Assembly (NCBI RefSeq): GCF_036365525.1
Contig: NC_090387.1
Span: 76,383,300 to 76,447,299 of the forward strand
DNA length: 64,000 bases
Direction of reading: 5' to 3'
From: Heterodontus francisci
Taxonomy: Eukaryota
The translations under genes and the position numbers were made by a program. Every line of letters starts with the position of its first letter. The stretch's first letter is position 1. Below the pieces are notes generated by a model. It was given only the letters and a program-made list of their open reading frames with translations. It had not been told where the DNA came from and did not search any database. Below, one piece after another: positions 13,663 through 25,259 of the stretch.

Positions 13663-13768
13663 CTTTGACAGTTAAATTAATTCCTAACGATGACTGTCAG
13701 CACCATTGCCATCAATACACCCACTGACCGCCGGGACAACAAAAAAAGGGTAGCGACGTTAGCAGCAC
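13663..13768 (-). pseudogene. IgSF pseudogene B', TM exon (copy 1)
   Basis: GAANVATLFLLSRRSVGVLMAMVLTVIVRN*; the acceptor is mutated ag to cg relative to copy 2. Confidence 0.6.
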
Positions 13769-14077
13769 CGACAAACACAGATTAACGGAGATTTAAGATC
13801 GACGAGCATTAATATCAATGAAACCAGCAAGAAACCCCAGGAATACACGAAGTCAGAACGAATCGTGTAAAGGCCATTTAATATAAATACAAATAATGTT
13901 TTAAAAAATATTCAAATAAAATGGCAACAAAAAAAAGGTTCACAATCTGACCAATAAATCCTCAACGTAATAAACGAATACATTAACAACAAATGCTAAC
14001 ACGTGTTCACAAACGTGTGCTGGTATTAAGAAAAACGATAAACGAGCGAACGTTTCTGAAAAATGAATTGACGATAC

Positions 14078-14375
14078 CTTCAAAGTTGTAATTGACATTG
14101 GCTGGAGTCTGAAGAGAGACATGAGACACTTGGCAGCTGCATGTCGCGCCACTGTGGGATGGCGCCGTATCTTTTAAAATTCTGCAAATCTCATACAGTC
14201 CCACTCTGGTTTGCTGTTTAGTAGTATTGATCCCGGTTACACTTTTAATATTTTTCTTATCCCAAGTCACATTGAGATCCTCAGGGTAAAACTTAGCTGT
14301 TTTACAGGAGAATCAGAGAAGTGGATGGACGGAATTCAGACTCAACTAAGTCGATCCTCAGAGGAGTGAGCGGAA
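14078..14375 (-). pseudogene. IgSF pseudogene B', C1 exon with 2-nt frameshift (duplicate copy 1)
   Basis: Acceptor cttttccacccaag|TT and donor GAAG|gtatcg, 298 nt (not a multiple of 3). VPLTPLRIDLVESEFRPSTSLILL / CKTAKFYPEDLNVTW...CSCQVSHVSLQTPANVNYNFE; a TG is missing at CTG(TG)TAAA. Confidence 0.9.
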
Positions 14376-14704
14376 CTTGGGTGGAAAAGAAAATTAGTTT
14401 ATGTTGAATAATTTAGTCTATAATTTAGAACACGAGTTTAGGACGGGTCCCTTTAACATCGTGTTTCATTGGAACATTTTTAATTCTTCCTTTCCAAATA
14501 TTATTAAACATGAAGCTAGAAATTGCATGGAATCCGTAACGAAGAAAGGAGAAATTGCAGTATTCGGAAGACTCCTTGAGCCATCGATCGTAGAAGGAGG
14601 TCATAGGTACATCGTGCCTTTGTCGGCTCTTTGAAAGAGTTATGCAATTAATCCCACTTCCTGCTCTTTCTCTATAGCCTATTTCCTATTCAAGTACATA
14701 TCCT

Positions 14705-15425
14705 GATTCTGGCACGGTTCCATTAGATTGGAAAATAGCAATTTATTCAAAAAGCGAGGCAAATAGAAAGCATGAAACGACGGGCCAGTTAGCTTAACAT
14801 CAGTCCTCGGGAAAATGTCAGATGCTATTATTAAAGACGTTATAGTAGGGCACATAGAAAAAAATCAAGGTAATCAGGCAGAGTCAACATGGTTTTGTGA
14901 AAGAGAAGTAATTTTTAACCAATTTATTGGAGTTCTTTGAAGAACTAACATGTGCTGCAGATAAAGGTGGATGTACTGAACTTATTTTCCAAAAGGCATT
15001 TGATAAGGTGCCACATCAAAGGTTATTGCGGTAAATAAAGGCTGATGGTGGAGGGAATAATATACTGGCATGGATCGAAGATTGGTGAGGTAACAGGAAA
15101 CAAAGAGTAGGCAGTAATCGGTCATTTCTGGTCAGCAAGATGCAACTAGCGATGTGCCACAGGATCGGTGCTGGGCCTCAACTTTTTGCAATTTATATAA
15201 ATGACTTGATGAAGGGACCAAAGGTATGGTTGCAAAATTTGCTGATGACACAAAGATAGATAGGAAAGTAAGTCATGAAGTGGTATAAGGTGGCGACAAG
15301 TGGATAGGTTACGTGATCGGGCAAAGGTCTGGCAAATGGAGCATAATGTGGGAAAATGTGAAACTGTCCATTTTAGCAGGAAGAATAAAAAAGAAGCTTT
15401 TATCTAAATGGTGAGAGATTGCAGA
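14705..15425 (+). mobile_element. CR1 RT fragment truncated at the duplication breakpoint
   Basis: FQKAFDKVPHQRLL, VPQGSVLG and KFADDTK motifs. Confidence 0.85.
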
Positions 15426-15909
15426 AGTTGGATGATTGGCACTTTCTTAGACTTCAAGGGATTCCTTTTGATTTGACCATGCAAGCTTAATTTTAAGAGC
15501 CATCACAAGTTACCAGGGCAATTTTTTGATTGCCATTGGTTGATATTGCGGCATAAACATCTCACATGTTTGAAATCCAGAACATACGGACCCGAGTACA
15601 TTTTCAACATACCGCCCGCGTAAATCTGGCTTTGCAAACCCTGCTCTCGACTGGTTCTAAAATAGGCCGACGACCAATTCCGCCAGTATATTGCCTCATT
15701 GTTGAAGGTGAAAATCAATACTTCCCCCACCCCTCCCGAAACACACACACACACACACACACGAGATGCGTGTGATGTTCCAGAACGTTACTCCGTAGTC
15801 TAGCTTCAATAAATAAAAACAATTATAGAAACACATTTAATGGTGTATAATCGAATACCCTGGAGCGACACCCATAAATACCCCACTTCTTCGGACTGTG
15901 TTTAGATTC

Positions 15910-16032
15910 TCAGCTTCTCTCTTTCGTTATCACGTTTACTTCAGCATACACTGCGCTCTTGTCTTGTTTAGGTTTTGATGTTTTCTTGGAATCAGCGTAA
16001 GTCAACTTGTTATCACCGCCTCTTTGTTTAGT
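15910..16032 (-). CDS. IgSF receptor gene A, terminal cytoplasmic exon with two tyrosine motifs
   Basis: Acceptor attacttttgcag|ACT, phase 0; TKQRGGDNKLTYADSKKTSKPKQDKSAVYAEVNVITKERS then TGA (15910-15912). LTYADS and AVYAEV are ITIM/ITSM-like. Confidence 0.8.
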   Translation of the reverse strand, partial: TKQRGGDNKLTYADSKKTSKPKQDKSAVYAEVNVITKERS

Positions 16033-17729
16033 CTGCAAAAGTAATATTTCGTATCACCCGTTAGTCTGTTGCCCACTCATTGCTTGAGGTAATCGAGGTT
16101 TGAAAAAGGCCGTAGTGAAATTTCTTCTCATCAATTACCAACTTCAGATTGTAACCGGATTTTGTACTGGTTTATTTCTCTCCGGTTTCTCCCCTCTCTG
16201 CAAACGATTCCTGTTGCGTCACAATTTCAGGCCCTCCCCTAAATCTTATTGGTATTCCCCTTTAACCTTCATATAAAATTAGTTCTGATGTAAAAGGTCA
16301 CAGACCTGTAACGTTATCTCTGTTTCTCTCTCCATAGGTGTTGCCAAATCTGATGAGTATTTCCAACACTTCCTGTGTTTTTTTCCAGATTTCCAGCATC
16401 CGCAGTATTTTGCTTTTATAAAATTAGTTCTCCTGCTGATGCAGCCCATATAAGGGAGCAGGTTGATACTTCAATTAAAATAGAAACATGAATTTCATAC
16501 TGATCTGTTCATGATATTTGGAATGATGAAATTATAAAGCACCGTTTTTAAGGCCCTGTTGTTTGAGCGTCGACAGCCAATGCGACCTTACCCCAAGGTC
16601 AAATATGATGAACCTTGGCTGAGATCAGCTGACACAACACAGTGGTAGATTAAACCTGGGATCTTTGTAATTCCTGCAGCCCAGTGTCGTAACCTGTCGT
16701 AATATGAGCTGTACCTGGGCATACACCGTACTCTGCTCCTTCTGTCAGTGTTTCGCATTGTTTCTGGTCCTGGTTTCGACTGTTGCGTAGGGCAATTCTT
16801 GTTTCGTCTGTAAAATAGATCTTTGGAAGTCTTACCAGGCAAGTTTCCTATTTTTTAATTTATAATCGTTATTACAGCCAGACACGAAAACGAAATAGGG
16901 CTGATTTTGACTGACTACTGTCGTGTCATACGGATGAAGAGTCCGCAACCCGTTTTACATCTCTCATGATTTCTATTTCCAACCAAGTCAGTGGGAGAGA
17001 TGCCGATTCGCCAGCACTCATTATATGCTGTCCCCTAAAGTCTGTACTACCTCGGTAAATTCTGTATAGCTTGTTAGAGTTGACTCTGTTATCACAGAGT
17101 GTTGATTTTGTGTAGAAATGGTTTGGATATCATTCGCGCGCCAATCGCTCGCCCTACCTGGGGATAGACGGTGTGCTCTATCTCATGTCTACGTTTGGGG
17201 TGTCCTTCGTCATCTCTCATGTTTAGAGTAGCGTAGGCGGCAATTTACTCATTTGATCCTTGTCTAACCTGCCTAAATAAGATATAAAATACTGATAGCC
17301 GAGAGTCTAATACAGCAGCCAGCTATCATTAATTGGAAATGAGTCTGAAAGTGTCAATATGGAGACAGTAACCGATAAAATTAGGGCTTAATTGCATTTT
17401 GTCCACTCTCAATGATTTCATTCAATATCTCATCTATAGGGTGAGTAATAATGTTCCAAATATGAAATCCGGAGAGCTCAAATCTTCTTAATCCTCAGTC
17501 ATCTCAGCCTATTGAAAGATCTTCCAGGCCGAGCCTGAAAATTGTCCTCGCTCCTCTTCCAGCCATTTTCACCCCGAGCAGGAAATCAGCCGCTGAGGCC
17601 CTGGCCATTCACCTCGTCTCCCCGCTGTTGCCCAACCCAGGAGTTCGGGGTGCAGGTCAATTCGGTATCGAGAGCCCTGTCCCAGCTAACACACCAGATT
17701 TGGAGACGGCACCAGGGACGTTCTGAATC

Positions 17730-17880
17730 TAAAAGCAAAATACTGCGGTTGCTGGAAATCTGAAATAAAAACAGCAAATAATGCAAATACTTTGTGGAGA
17801 GAGAAGCAGAGTTAACCTTTCAGGTCTATGACCTCTCATGGAAGGTCACAGGTCTGAAACGTTGGCTCTGTTTCTCTGAC
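17730..17880 (+). repeat. Short interspersed repeat (possibly Penelope-derived)
   Basis: aaaagcaaaatactgcgg.tgctggaaatctgaaataaaaacag...tgtggagagaga recurs at about 11735, 16280 (-), 41065, 46775 (-) and 50950 (-). Confidence 0.6.
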
Positions 17881-18004
17881 CTTCCTAATCTGTCTGGTTG
17901 TCCTACACAATGTCTCAATTAAGCAACTGGGGATCTCCGATTTTTAAAATAATTTGAATTATGAAAGAGGAAGTTGTTATAAGTATATGTACAATAAATA
18001 CAAA

Positions 18005-18595
18005 TATTTATCTTGGCCTTAACATCAAGACATCGTGTACAAAAACAAGGAATTTATGCAAAACCTTTCTAAATCACTGGTGAGGCCTCAATTCCAGGCG
18101 CCACTCTCTAGGAAAGTTGTTAAGGCTTTCGAGAGCATGCAAAGGAGATTTACTGAAATGGTATCAGGGTTGAGCGACTTCATTTACGTTGAGGAAACTA
18201 GAGAATCTACGATCGTCCTCCTTAGAACAGAGAACGTTATGGGGAGATTTAATAGAGGTGTTCAAAATTATGAGAGGTTTTGGTAGAGTAAATAAGGAGA
18301 AATTGATTTCACTGGTGGTTGGGTTGGTATCCAGGGGACAGATATTTAAAATAATTGACAAATAATCAGGGAAGACAAGGATATTTTTAATGCAGCCGCT
18401 GTTGTGATCTGGAATGCACTGCCTGAAAGGGTGGTGGAAGCAGATTCAATAGAAACTTTCGAAAAGGATATATACTTGCAATGAAAAAAAAAATGTAAGG
18501 TGAAGAGTCGTCGAGTGGGACGAATTGGATAGTTATTTCAAAGAACCGGCACAGGCACCCTGGCCTCCTTCCTTGCTGTAGGATTCTATGATTCT
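18005..18595 (+). mobile_element. CR1 LINE 3' fragment (old)
   Basis: YKNKEFMQNLSKSLVRPQ...MQRRFTEMV with an (attctatg)n-type tail. Confidence 0.75.
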
Positions 18596-18668
18596 ATTAA
18601 ATTACATTATTATCTTCCAGACTATACACCCGCCTCTTTTTGGAAGATGAAAAACATTGCCACCTTAC

Positions 18669-18712
18669 CGGCTCTTCAGCCTGACTCGCCTCCTCAGAAT
18701 TATTCTTATTGC
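18669..18712 (-). CDS. IgSF receptor gene A, first cytoplasmic exon
   Basis: Acceptor tctctttccctcag|GC and donor CCG|gtaagg, 44 nt, phase 1/0, compatible with both neighbours; encodes GNKNNSEEASQAEEP. Confidence 0.75.
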
Positions 18713-18952
18713 CTGAGGGAAAGAGACGTCCACAATCAATAGCTTAATCAGTGTATAAGCAAAACAACTTCATACTTACGATGATAAACACAGGTACTGT
18801 GTAAAGTAAGGAAACTTGAAGGTACAGATCTCTCCGAAGACGTTAAGCAGTATCAGGCAATACAATGCAGCATGCTGTGCATTACCTTCTCCTACCCCGC
18901 AGTGGCGTTGGACCTAACCGAGTAGACATTGCCTTTATGCGATAGTGCAAAA

Positions 18953-19913
18953 CAAGGCTGTCCAACCTTTTCGCGTGACGCGGGGGGTGGGGGGGGGGGG
19001 GGGGGGGGGCGGGGGGTGGGGGGGGTGGTGGCGGGGGATGCGGGGAAGGTGGCACAATACAATTTGTCTGACATAGGGCTGGTGAGACAATTTCGGAAAG
19101 ATAAAGGCATTAAAAACATCTTACCATTAAAACAACAAATGTGCAATTTTGAGAGGACGCTTTAAATAAGATTAATTTATTAACTTCTTTTCTTACCACT
19201 ATGTTAGACACTGATTTATTGAGATACCTAACTTATTTTTTTGCTTGCCCAAGTAGTCAATATTTGCTTGCACACCTGTTGTAGTGATGTGAAGTATTCT
19301 GGATAGATGTCTATCTGTCAGTAATGATCTTGATCACTCTCCCTCTCTATCCCTGTCTCTCTCTCCCTGTGTTATCCTGCTCTGTGTTGTTCCCCACCCC
19401 CGTGTTGTCCTTGCTGTCTGTGTCCCCCTCACTGTCCCTCTCTCTCTTTGTCACCTCTCCTTCCCCTTTTCTCTCTCACAGTTACAGAGAGTGGGAAAGC
19501 TCAGCAGAGCAACTTGTGGTTGGTCAACTTTTAAAAAAATCTCAAGCTTGTTTCACAGTTGACAGGTGCTGGGAGCTGGAACAGCTGTTTCCGAGCTTCG
19601 GACGAATTTAGGGTTTTCCGGTGGGTGCCGACCTTTTTTTATAAAGCGCGCCGGAAAACGCTAAATCAGTCCGAAGTTCGAAAACTGCTGTTCCGCCTGT
19701 CAGCACCTGTCAGCTGTGAAACCGACGCTACTTTTTTGTCAAAAAGCCGGTCTGGAAGAAGAAGCCAATGAGAAATTGCTCATCTCCGAAATTACCAGTC
19801 ACGGACACCTTGCGAGGATGAGGAACGGCCCGGTACAGTTTCCATCCGTGGGCGGGAAGGAAACCTTTGGCAGGCCGGATCCTGGCTCACGGGCGGTATG
19901 TTGGATAACCATG
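18953..19913. mobile_element. Non-autonomous hAT (Charlie-like) DNA transposon in an intron of gene A
   Basis: Imperfect TIRs caaggctgtccaac / gttggataaccatg; 8-bp TSD gtgcaaaa / gtgtaaaa; Charlie-type subterminal ggccggat..ggc.c.cgggc motif. Confidence 0.8.
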
Positions 19914-20397
19914 GTGTAAAATATATAATAGAGTTGGCAGACCATTTTACACCTCGAAATTACAATGCAAATAAAATTCGAACGACGTGTAAAATAGGTT
20001 GCCCCTGCCAATTCGATATCATCCATTTTACAGTATCGCAGAAAGCCAAAATCTACTTTAAGCGTTGACACTTCAAGATCTGGACCCGCAATGATAGCAA
20101 AAAAAAAATGCAAAACGGTAAGGATTCGGGGTGTTGCAAAATAGAAATGAAAAAAGTCAAATGAATAGTTGGAATAGGAAGGTGAAATAATTGCATTTCA
20201 AAATCCAGTATACATGGTCATATTCAACTACCAATGATAGAAAGCTCCAGTGTTATCAACTTCATTCTTTAAAGATGCAGTAAGGTGCTCTTTATTCTTC
20301 TACAATGAATGACGTTTCACCTTCCCTTTCTGTATTGTAAAAATACAACTGGGCCTTTGAAAATAAAAGTATTCGGCGGAATAAGAAATATTCTTAC

Positions 20398-20502
20398 CAT
20401 CTGATGCCTTTAATTTGAGTCTGGTCAAAGTTGTTATTAATAGTAAAATTGCCAGTATGCCCCCTGCACGCCCAAAAATCGGCAGAAATTTATAATCAGC
20501 AC
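20398..20502 (-). CDS. IgSF receptor gene A, transmembrane exon
   Basis: Acceptor aatcctgcag|GT and donor GATG|gtaaga, 105 nt, phase 1/1. GADYKFLPIFGRAGGILAILLLITTLTRLKLKASD is a hydrophobic helix followed by basic stop-transfer residues. Confidence 0.85.
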
Positions 20503-21532
20503 CTGCAGGATTAACAGATAATTGAAATAAGAAACCGTAGAGCACAGTGACATATATACACCGAGAATCGTGGGTGAGGCACGAGAGGACGAGTCGCAAA
20601 GGTGTCTCTCGGGATAACGGCGTCTTCTGTCAGTGGGGCTAAACCCCTATTATTTCTAAGGGCAGTATATTATAATATGTACCAAACAATGGCAACTGTA
20701 ATCCAGTAATGCAATTCATGGAGAAAGTAAATCCTTTCCATAAAGGCACAGGAAGCTTCTCTATGCACGTGAGGGGTTTTTTTTAAGAGTAAAGGGAGTT
20801 ATACTTTTTTTTTTACCTCGCAGTGCGACACCACACTGATCCGCAACGGCTGCAAAGGTGGCAAAGTCTTCCATTCTTGATCGCTGACATGCCTCAGCAG
20901 TGTTATTAGAGCATACCTACTGCAACTTTTAGTAGGTAACAAGTAACTTGCATTTATACAGCGCCTTTAACATAGCAAAACGTCAAAAGGCACTTCACAG
21001 AGAATCACCAAACAAAGTTTTAAACCGAGCCACATAAGGGGATATGAGGACATGTGGAGACAGAGTTCAAGGAGCGTCTTAAAGGAGAGCGAAATGGAGA
21101 GCCGGAGAGGTCGGGAATCTTAAAGGTTAGGGTGTAGACAACTGATGGCACGGTGCGCAGAGATAAAATGAATATAATGATATTTCCATCTATTCAATTT
21201 AAATTCACGGGATGTAAAGTGACTCTGGTAGAACCGATCCATTTTATGTGTAGTTTCATTTTATTTGGCTAGAATTTGACGAGGAATAATCTTTCAAGTT
21301 TGGAGCAGTTGCACATCAACCTTCCGTTTCAGATTGCTTCAGGGAAATACTCTCCTTCCTTCACCTACTTGAATATTTTATTTCGTATCCAATAATGTGG
21401 CATTGAGGGTAAATACAGTTCACATTCACTCCGTATCCTCGAGTTTGAACAGTGTTCCAGCTACATGTCTAATCAGTAATTACAGATTGAAGTAATTATT
21501 ACGCTTTGCGCTGCATATGTTTTCAAACCTAC

Positions 21533-21829
21533 CTCGATTGGCGGTGTAGCTGACATTGGCAGGTACCAGAAGAGAGACATGAGATGCCAGACAGGTGTAA
21601 ACGACTTTATTCGGGGCAGGTTGTACTTCTTCCAAAAAACTGCAAACATCATAAAGTCCCTCCGCGTTCCTGCTTTTCACAGTTTCGTTTCCGCTCAGAA
21701 TTTCGACACCATCTCTTAACCAGGAAATTTCTAAATGCTCCGGGTAAAAGGAAGCCGTTTTACACACGAGTTTCAGAGGAGTCGCTGAAATTCCTTCAAC
21801 AGGAACTATTTTCAGGGGGGTCGGGGGAA
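21533..21829 (-). CDS. IgSF receptor gene A, C1-set Ig domain exon
   Basis: Acceptor ttttcttctctgttaaag|TT and donor CGAG|gtaggt, 297 nt, phase 1/1. VPPTPLKI...LVCKTASFYPEHLEISWLRDG...GLYDVCS...YTCLASHVSL matches the C1 motifs CxxxxFYP..I.W and YxCxxxHxS. Confidence 0.93.
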
Positions 21830-22206
21830 CTTTAACAGAGAAGAAAAAAATTGTTTTAATTTAGAAGAACACATTCTCATTTTCTACCCTTCTTATGCTG
21901 TCACCCCGCAACGGTTACAATAGTTATCGGTGCTATCGTTCTTTAAACTTTATGTTTGCACTTATTTGATAAATTGTTGTGCCGCACACAGCAAAAAGAC
22001 GGGATGTATTGCAAACGATGCATAAAGAGGATGACTCTCCAAGGGCTGGTTACAATCAGGGAAGCAGACGCCGCTGCTCTGAATGGAAGTATCAGATCCT
22101 GGCGTGGGATTGGGGTTAGCAGTAATGATCCCAAGTGAGATTCCTGTCGGAATATATCGGAGTGAGCGCAAACTAGTTCACACGAACAGCGGAATCGTCT
22201 CTCCTT

Positions 22207-22471
22207 ATTTTTATTTATTTATTTATTTATTTATTTTACTTTTTATTTAGCGATACAGCACTGAAACAGGCCCTTCGGCCCACCGAATCTGTGCCGGTCA
22301 ACAACCACCCATTTATACTAACTCCAGTAATCTCATATTCCCTACCACCTACCTAAACTAGGGGAAATTTACAATGGCCAATTTACCTATCACCTGCAAG
22401 TCTTTGGGCTGTGGGAGGAAACTGGAGCACCCGGCGAAAACCCACGTGATCACAGGGAGAACTTGCAAACT
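22207..22471 (-). mobile_element. HE1-like V-SINE, 5'-truncated, with (TAAA)n tail
   Basis: Reverse complement of the 3' two-thirds of the 43036 element. Confidence 0.85.
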
Positions 22472-24324
22472 GTAAGATTCATTGCTGTATTAAACATTTC
22501 GTGTGTCTATTTCAAAGCTGGTCGTTTTTCGAATATTTCATATATTTCAAAACATATTTTCTTTTAGCACATAATATTGGGAAGATGATATGTGGAATCA
22601 AAATATCTCTGATGTCGGTATTGAATCCCGACAGGATGTTGTCATATGTATAGATTGGAATCCGTGTATTACAACATTTCAGCGTCTGTGCTGAAGATTT
22701 CAGATCGTGCAGCTTTCACCTAAGGAACTTTCTCTAGAGGGTGAACCGAGGGCTGAAACATTTTTCACCGCATGAAAGGGTTGTATTGGTAATTATATAT
22801 TAATGTGTAGAACATAACATCCATACAGAAGAGGGAAACAGAATGGGAAATCCTAACTCAAAGTGAAGGTATTATATAATTCCAGGGTTTCCGCCTTTCT
22901 CCAAGTTCATTCGTTCTGCTTAACACGTTTTGCCTGGAGAAGATTCTGCTGTTAACAGTCCTACATTTACCATTTACTAATTTACGAACCTGTGTCCGCT
23001 CGATATACAGTCACTGTTTAGCTGGAAGGACAGGCCCTTTATTCGTTTTGCATTGTTTTGCCAATTTATTACAATCTCCTTAATATATTTTTCTTTACAC
23101 ATTTACTTTTCCGATGTTGTAGCAATAGCAAATTATTAAATTAGGGGCATTATAACCTGCAAAATTACATTTGCCTTTATTCCCAACAAAGGCTCAGAAT
23201 TCCTCCATTCTTTTATCATGGATCTGCTTTACAGATAATATGCAATGCAGTAGAATTTCAGTGGAGAAGGAGGGCGGTGTTCTTTTGATCTATTGCCGTA
23301 ATTTCCGTGTGGGATTTGGGGAGAGCAAATGGAAATCATGAATTACAAAGACGGGAGACCAGGCGTTTAGACAAATGTTTCGTGATATCATTCCAGTATC
23401 TGAGGGGTTGAGACTGGAAAAAAGAAAGTCTAATTGGCGTACGACAGAGGTTCAAATATGGGCATTGTGTACCTTTACTATTTTGCAAGCTGGAGGACTT
23501 GGGGTGGAATCCAGTATTCAGGGCAAGATCAACACCTCCTTCTGACTGGGTTGTAGGATTCATTTGTAAAAGGTGTTTGGTATCTCAAACAAGTTATCAC
23601 TCGACACAAGTGCACAGCATAAATTGCGGACATAGGAACAGGAGTAGGCAATTCAGTCCCTCGAGCTTGCTGTGCCACTCATTTAGATTATAGTTGATTA
23701 ACACATTAACTCCATTTTCCTGACATAATTCTTTTCCCTTGCTACCCATACCAAACAAAAACCTATCCACATCAAATATCGGAGAAGTCGGTAAAGAAAT
23801 ATTAGATCGGCAGTTTTGAGCAGTGAAAAGGTCTCTGGTGCGAGAAATATTCACGGCGGTAGCAGGAATGTTTTCACTTGAGTTTGTAACGAGTCACCTT
23901 TTTGGGGCGGATTAGATGGTCTTTAATGTTGTATAGAAGACTTGACCTAGCAGGTGTTAAAATTGTTCCCATTGTTGCACATTGGTACCGTTATTTTGGT
24001 GAGAAGGAACCTGGCTATCTTATCCTATTGATTAATTTCAAACTAAGGTTTGAATTTTTTTTCCATTATCTTGGCTTAATAACAATTGTACCTGCACCAA
24101 AAGCACTTTGGAATGTTATGAGGACAATGAGCAGGTGAAATTGGTCTCTCGGCAGTAGCGAAAAACTGGCGATCGCGAATCAGCGGTTTGCACACCGGGG
24201 TCAATGGAAAAGAAAATCCCGTGATATGTAAAACGAATTTGTTGGCAGCCAGTCTTCGTCCAGTGAAATTACATATATTGCACACAGCTGAAAAAGTCCC
24301 ACTCCCTGGTACAATGACACTTAC

Positions 24325-24627
24325 CGTACACAGTAAGCTGCGAACCACTTCCATCTCCAATGGATCCGTTAGATTTTACATGACAGTAATACATTCCGGA
24401 GTCTGCAACACTCGCATTCAGAACATCAAATGAACTACTTCCTTTTTTTACATTAAATCGCTTTCTGCTGTCTGGCTCCAGAAACGATCCCTCGCCGCGT
24501 TTCCACCAATAAACATCGAGATTATATTGAAATAGCGGAAATGTACAGAACATGGAAACATTCCCACCTCTGGCAACCTTCAAGAATTTCAGAAACTGTT
24601 CCACTTTGTTCAAAGTTACTTCAGTGG
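24325..24627 (-). CDS. IgSF receptor gene A, V-type Ig domain exon with germline-joined J-like G strand
   Basis: Acceptor ttttctaatag|CC and donor TACG|gtaagt, 303 nt, phase 1/1. Translates ATEVTLNKVEQ...MFCTF...VYWWKRG...DSGMYYC...GDGSGSQLTVY with the canonical V-set Cys, Trp and DxGxYxC. The ORF extends upstream to an in-frame ATG at 24670. Confidence 0.93.
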
Positions 24628-24704
24628 CTATTAGAAAATAAACAAGAACGGTGGTAACAGTTGTACACATCAGATAAACGTCCCAAAATGCATCACTCCG
24701 CACT

Positions 24705-25148
24705 TGGATGCGTTAAATTCCATTTGTCAATCCCTTGCCCACTTTCTCTGTTGATCTATATCCTGTTGTAACCTTAGACAACCTTCTTCACTTTCCACTG
24801 TACCACCAATTTTGATGTCGCCTGCAAACTTACTAATCATGCCCCTTACATTCACATCCAAGTCCTTAATATATATGACAAACAACAAAGGGCCTAGCAC
24901 CGATCCCTGCGGCACACCACTGGTCACCAGCCTCCCCAATCTGAAAAACAACCCTCCACTACCACCCTCTGCCTCCTATCACCAAGCCAATTTTGTATCC
25001 AATTGGCTAGTTCACCATGGAGCCTATGCGTTTGAACCTTCTGGACCAGTCTACCATGTGGGACCTTGTCAAAGGCCTTGCTAAAATACATGTAGACAAC
25101 ATCCATCGCCCTGCCCTCATCAATCCTCTTGGTCACCTCCTCGAAAAA
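24705..25148 (-). mobile_element. CR1 RT fragment immediately upstream of the V exon
   Basis: FSKAFDKVPHGRL, TSGVPQGSVLGPLLFVIYI and SKFAGD motifs. Confidence 0.9.
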
Positions 25149-25259
25149 GTAAATTTGCAAAAATACATTGCAAAACATTTCGAAACAGTTCAAATTTCAC
25201 GTTTCAGGAAGTACAATTGAGATCAGATTTATTCGATACAGAAAACATGAAGTGCCTCA

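Larger units (their letters stand above)
243..15425 (+). repeat. Segmental duplication, copy 1
   Basis: Colinear and roughly 90% identical by eye to about 30166-44870, including unique sequence, the solo LTR, SINEs and pseudo-exons. Confidence 0.95.

Noticed and set aside
24300-24380. Recombination signal sequences at the V exons (rearranging Ig/TCR locus)
   Set aside because: V and J-like parts are already fused in one exon. No CACAGTG-12/23-ACAAAAACC was found next to either V exon; cacagta at 24329 lacks a nonamer.
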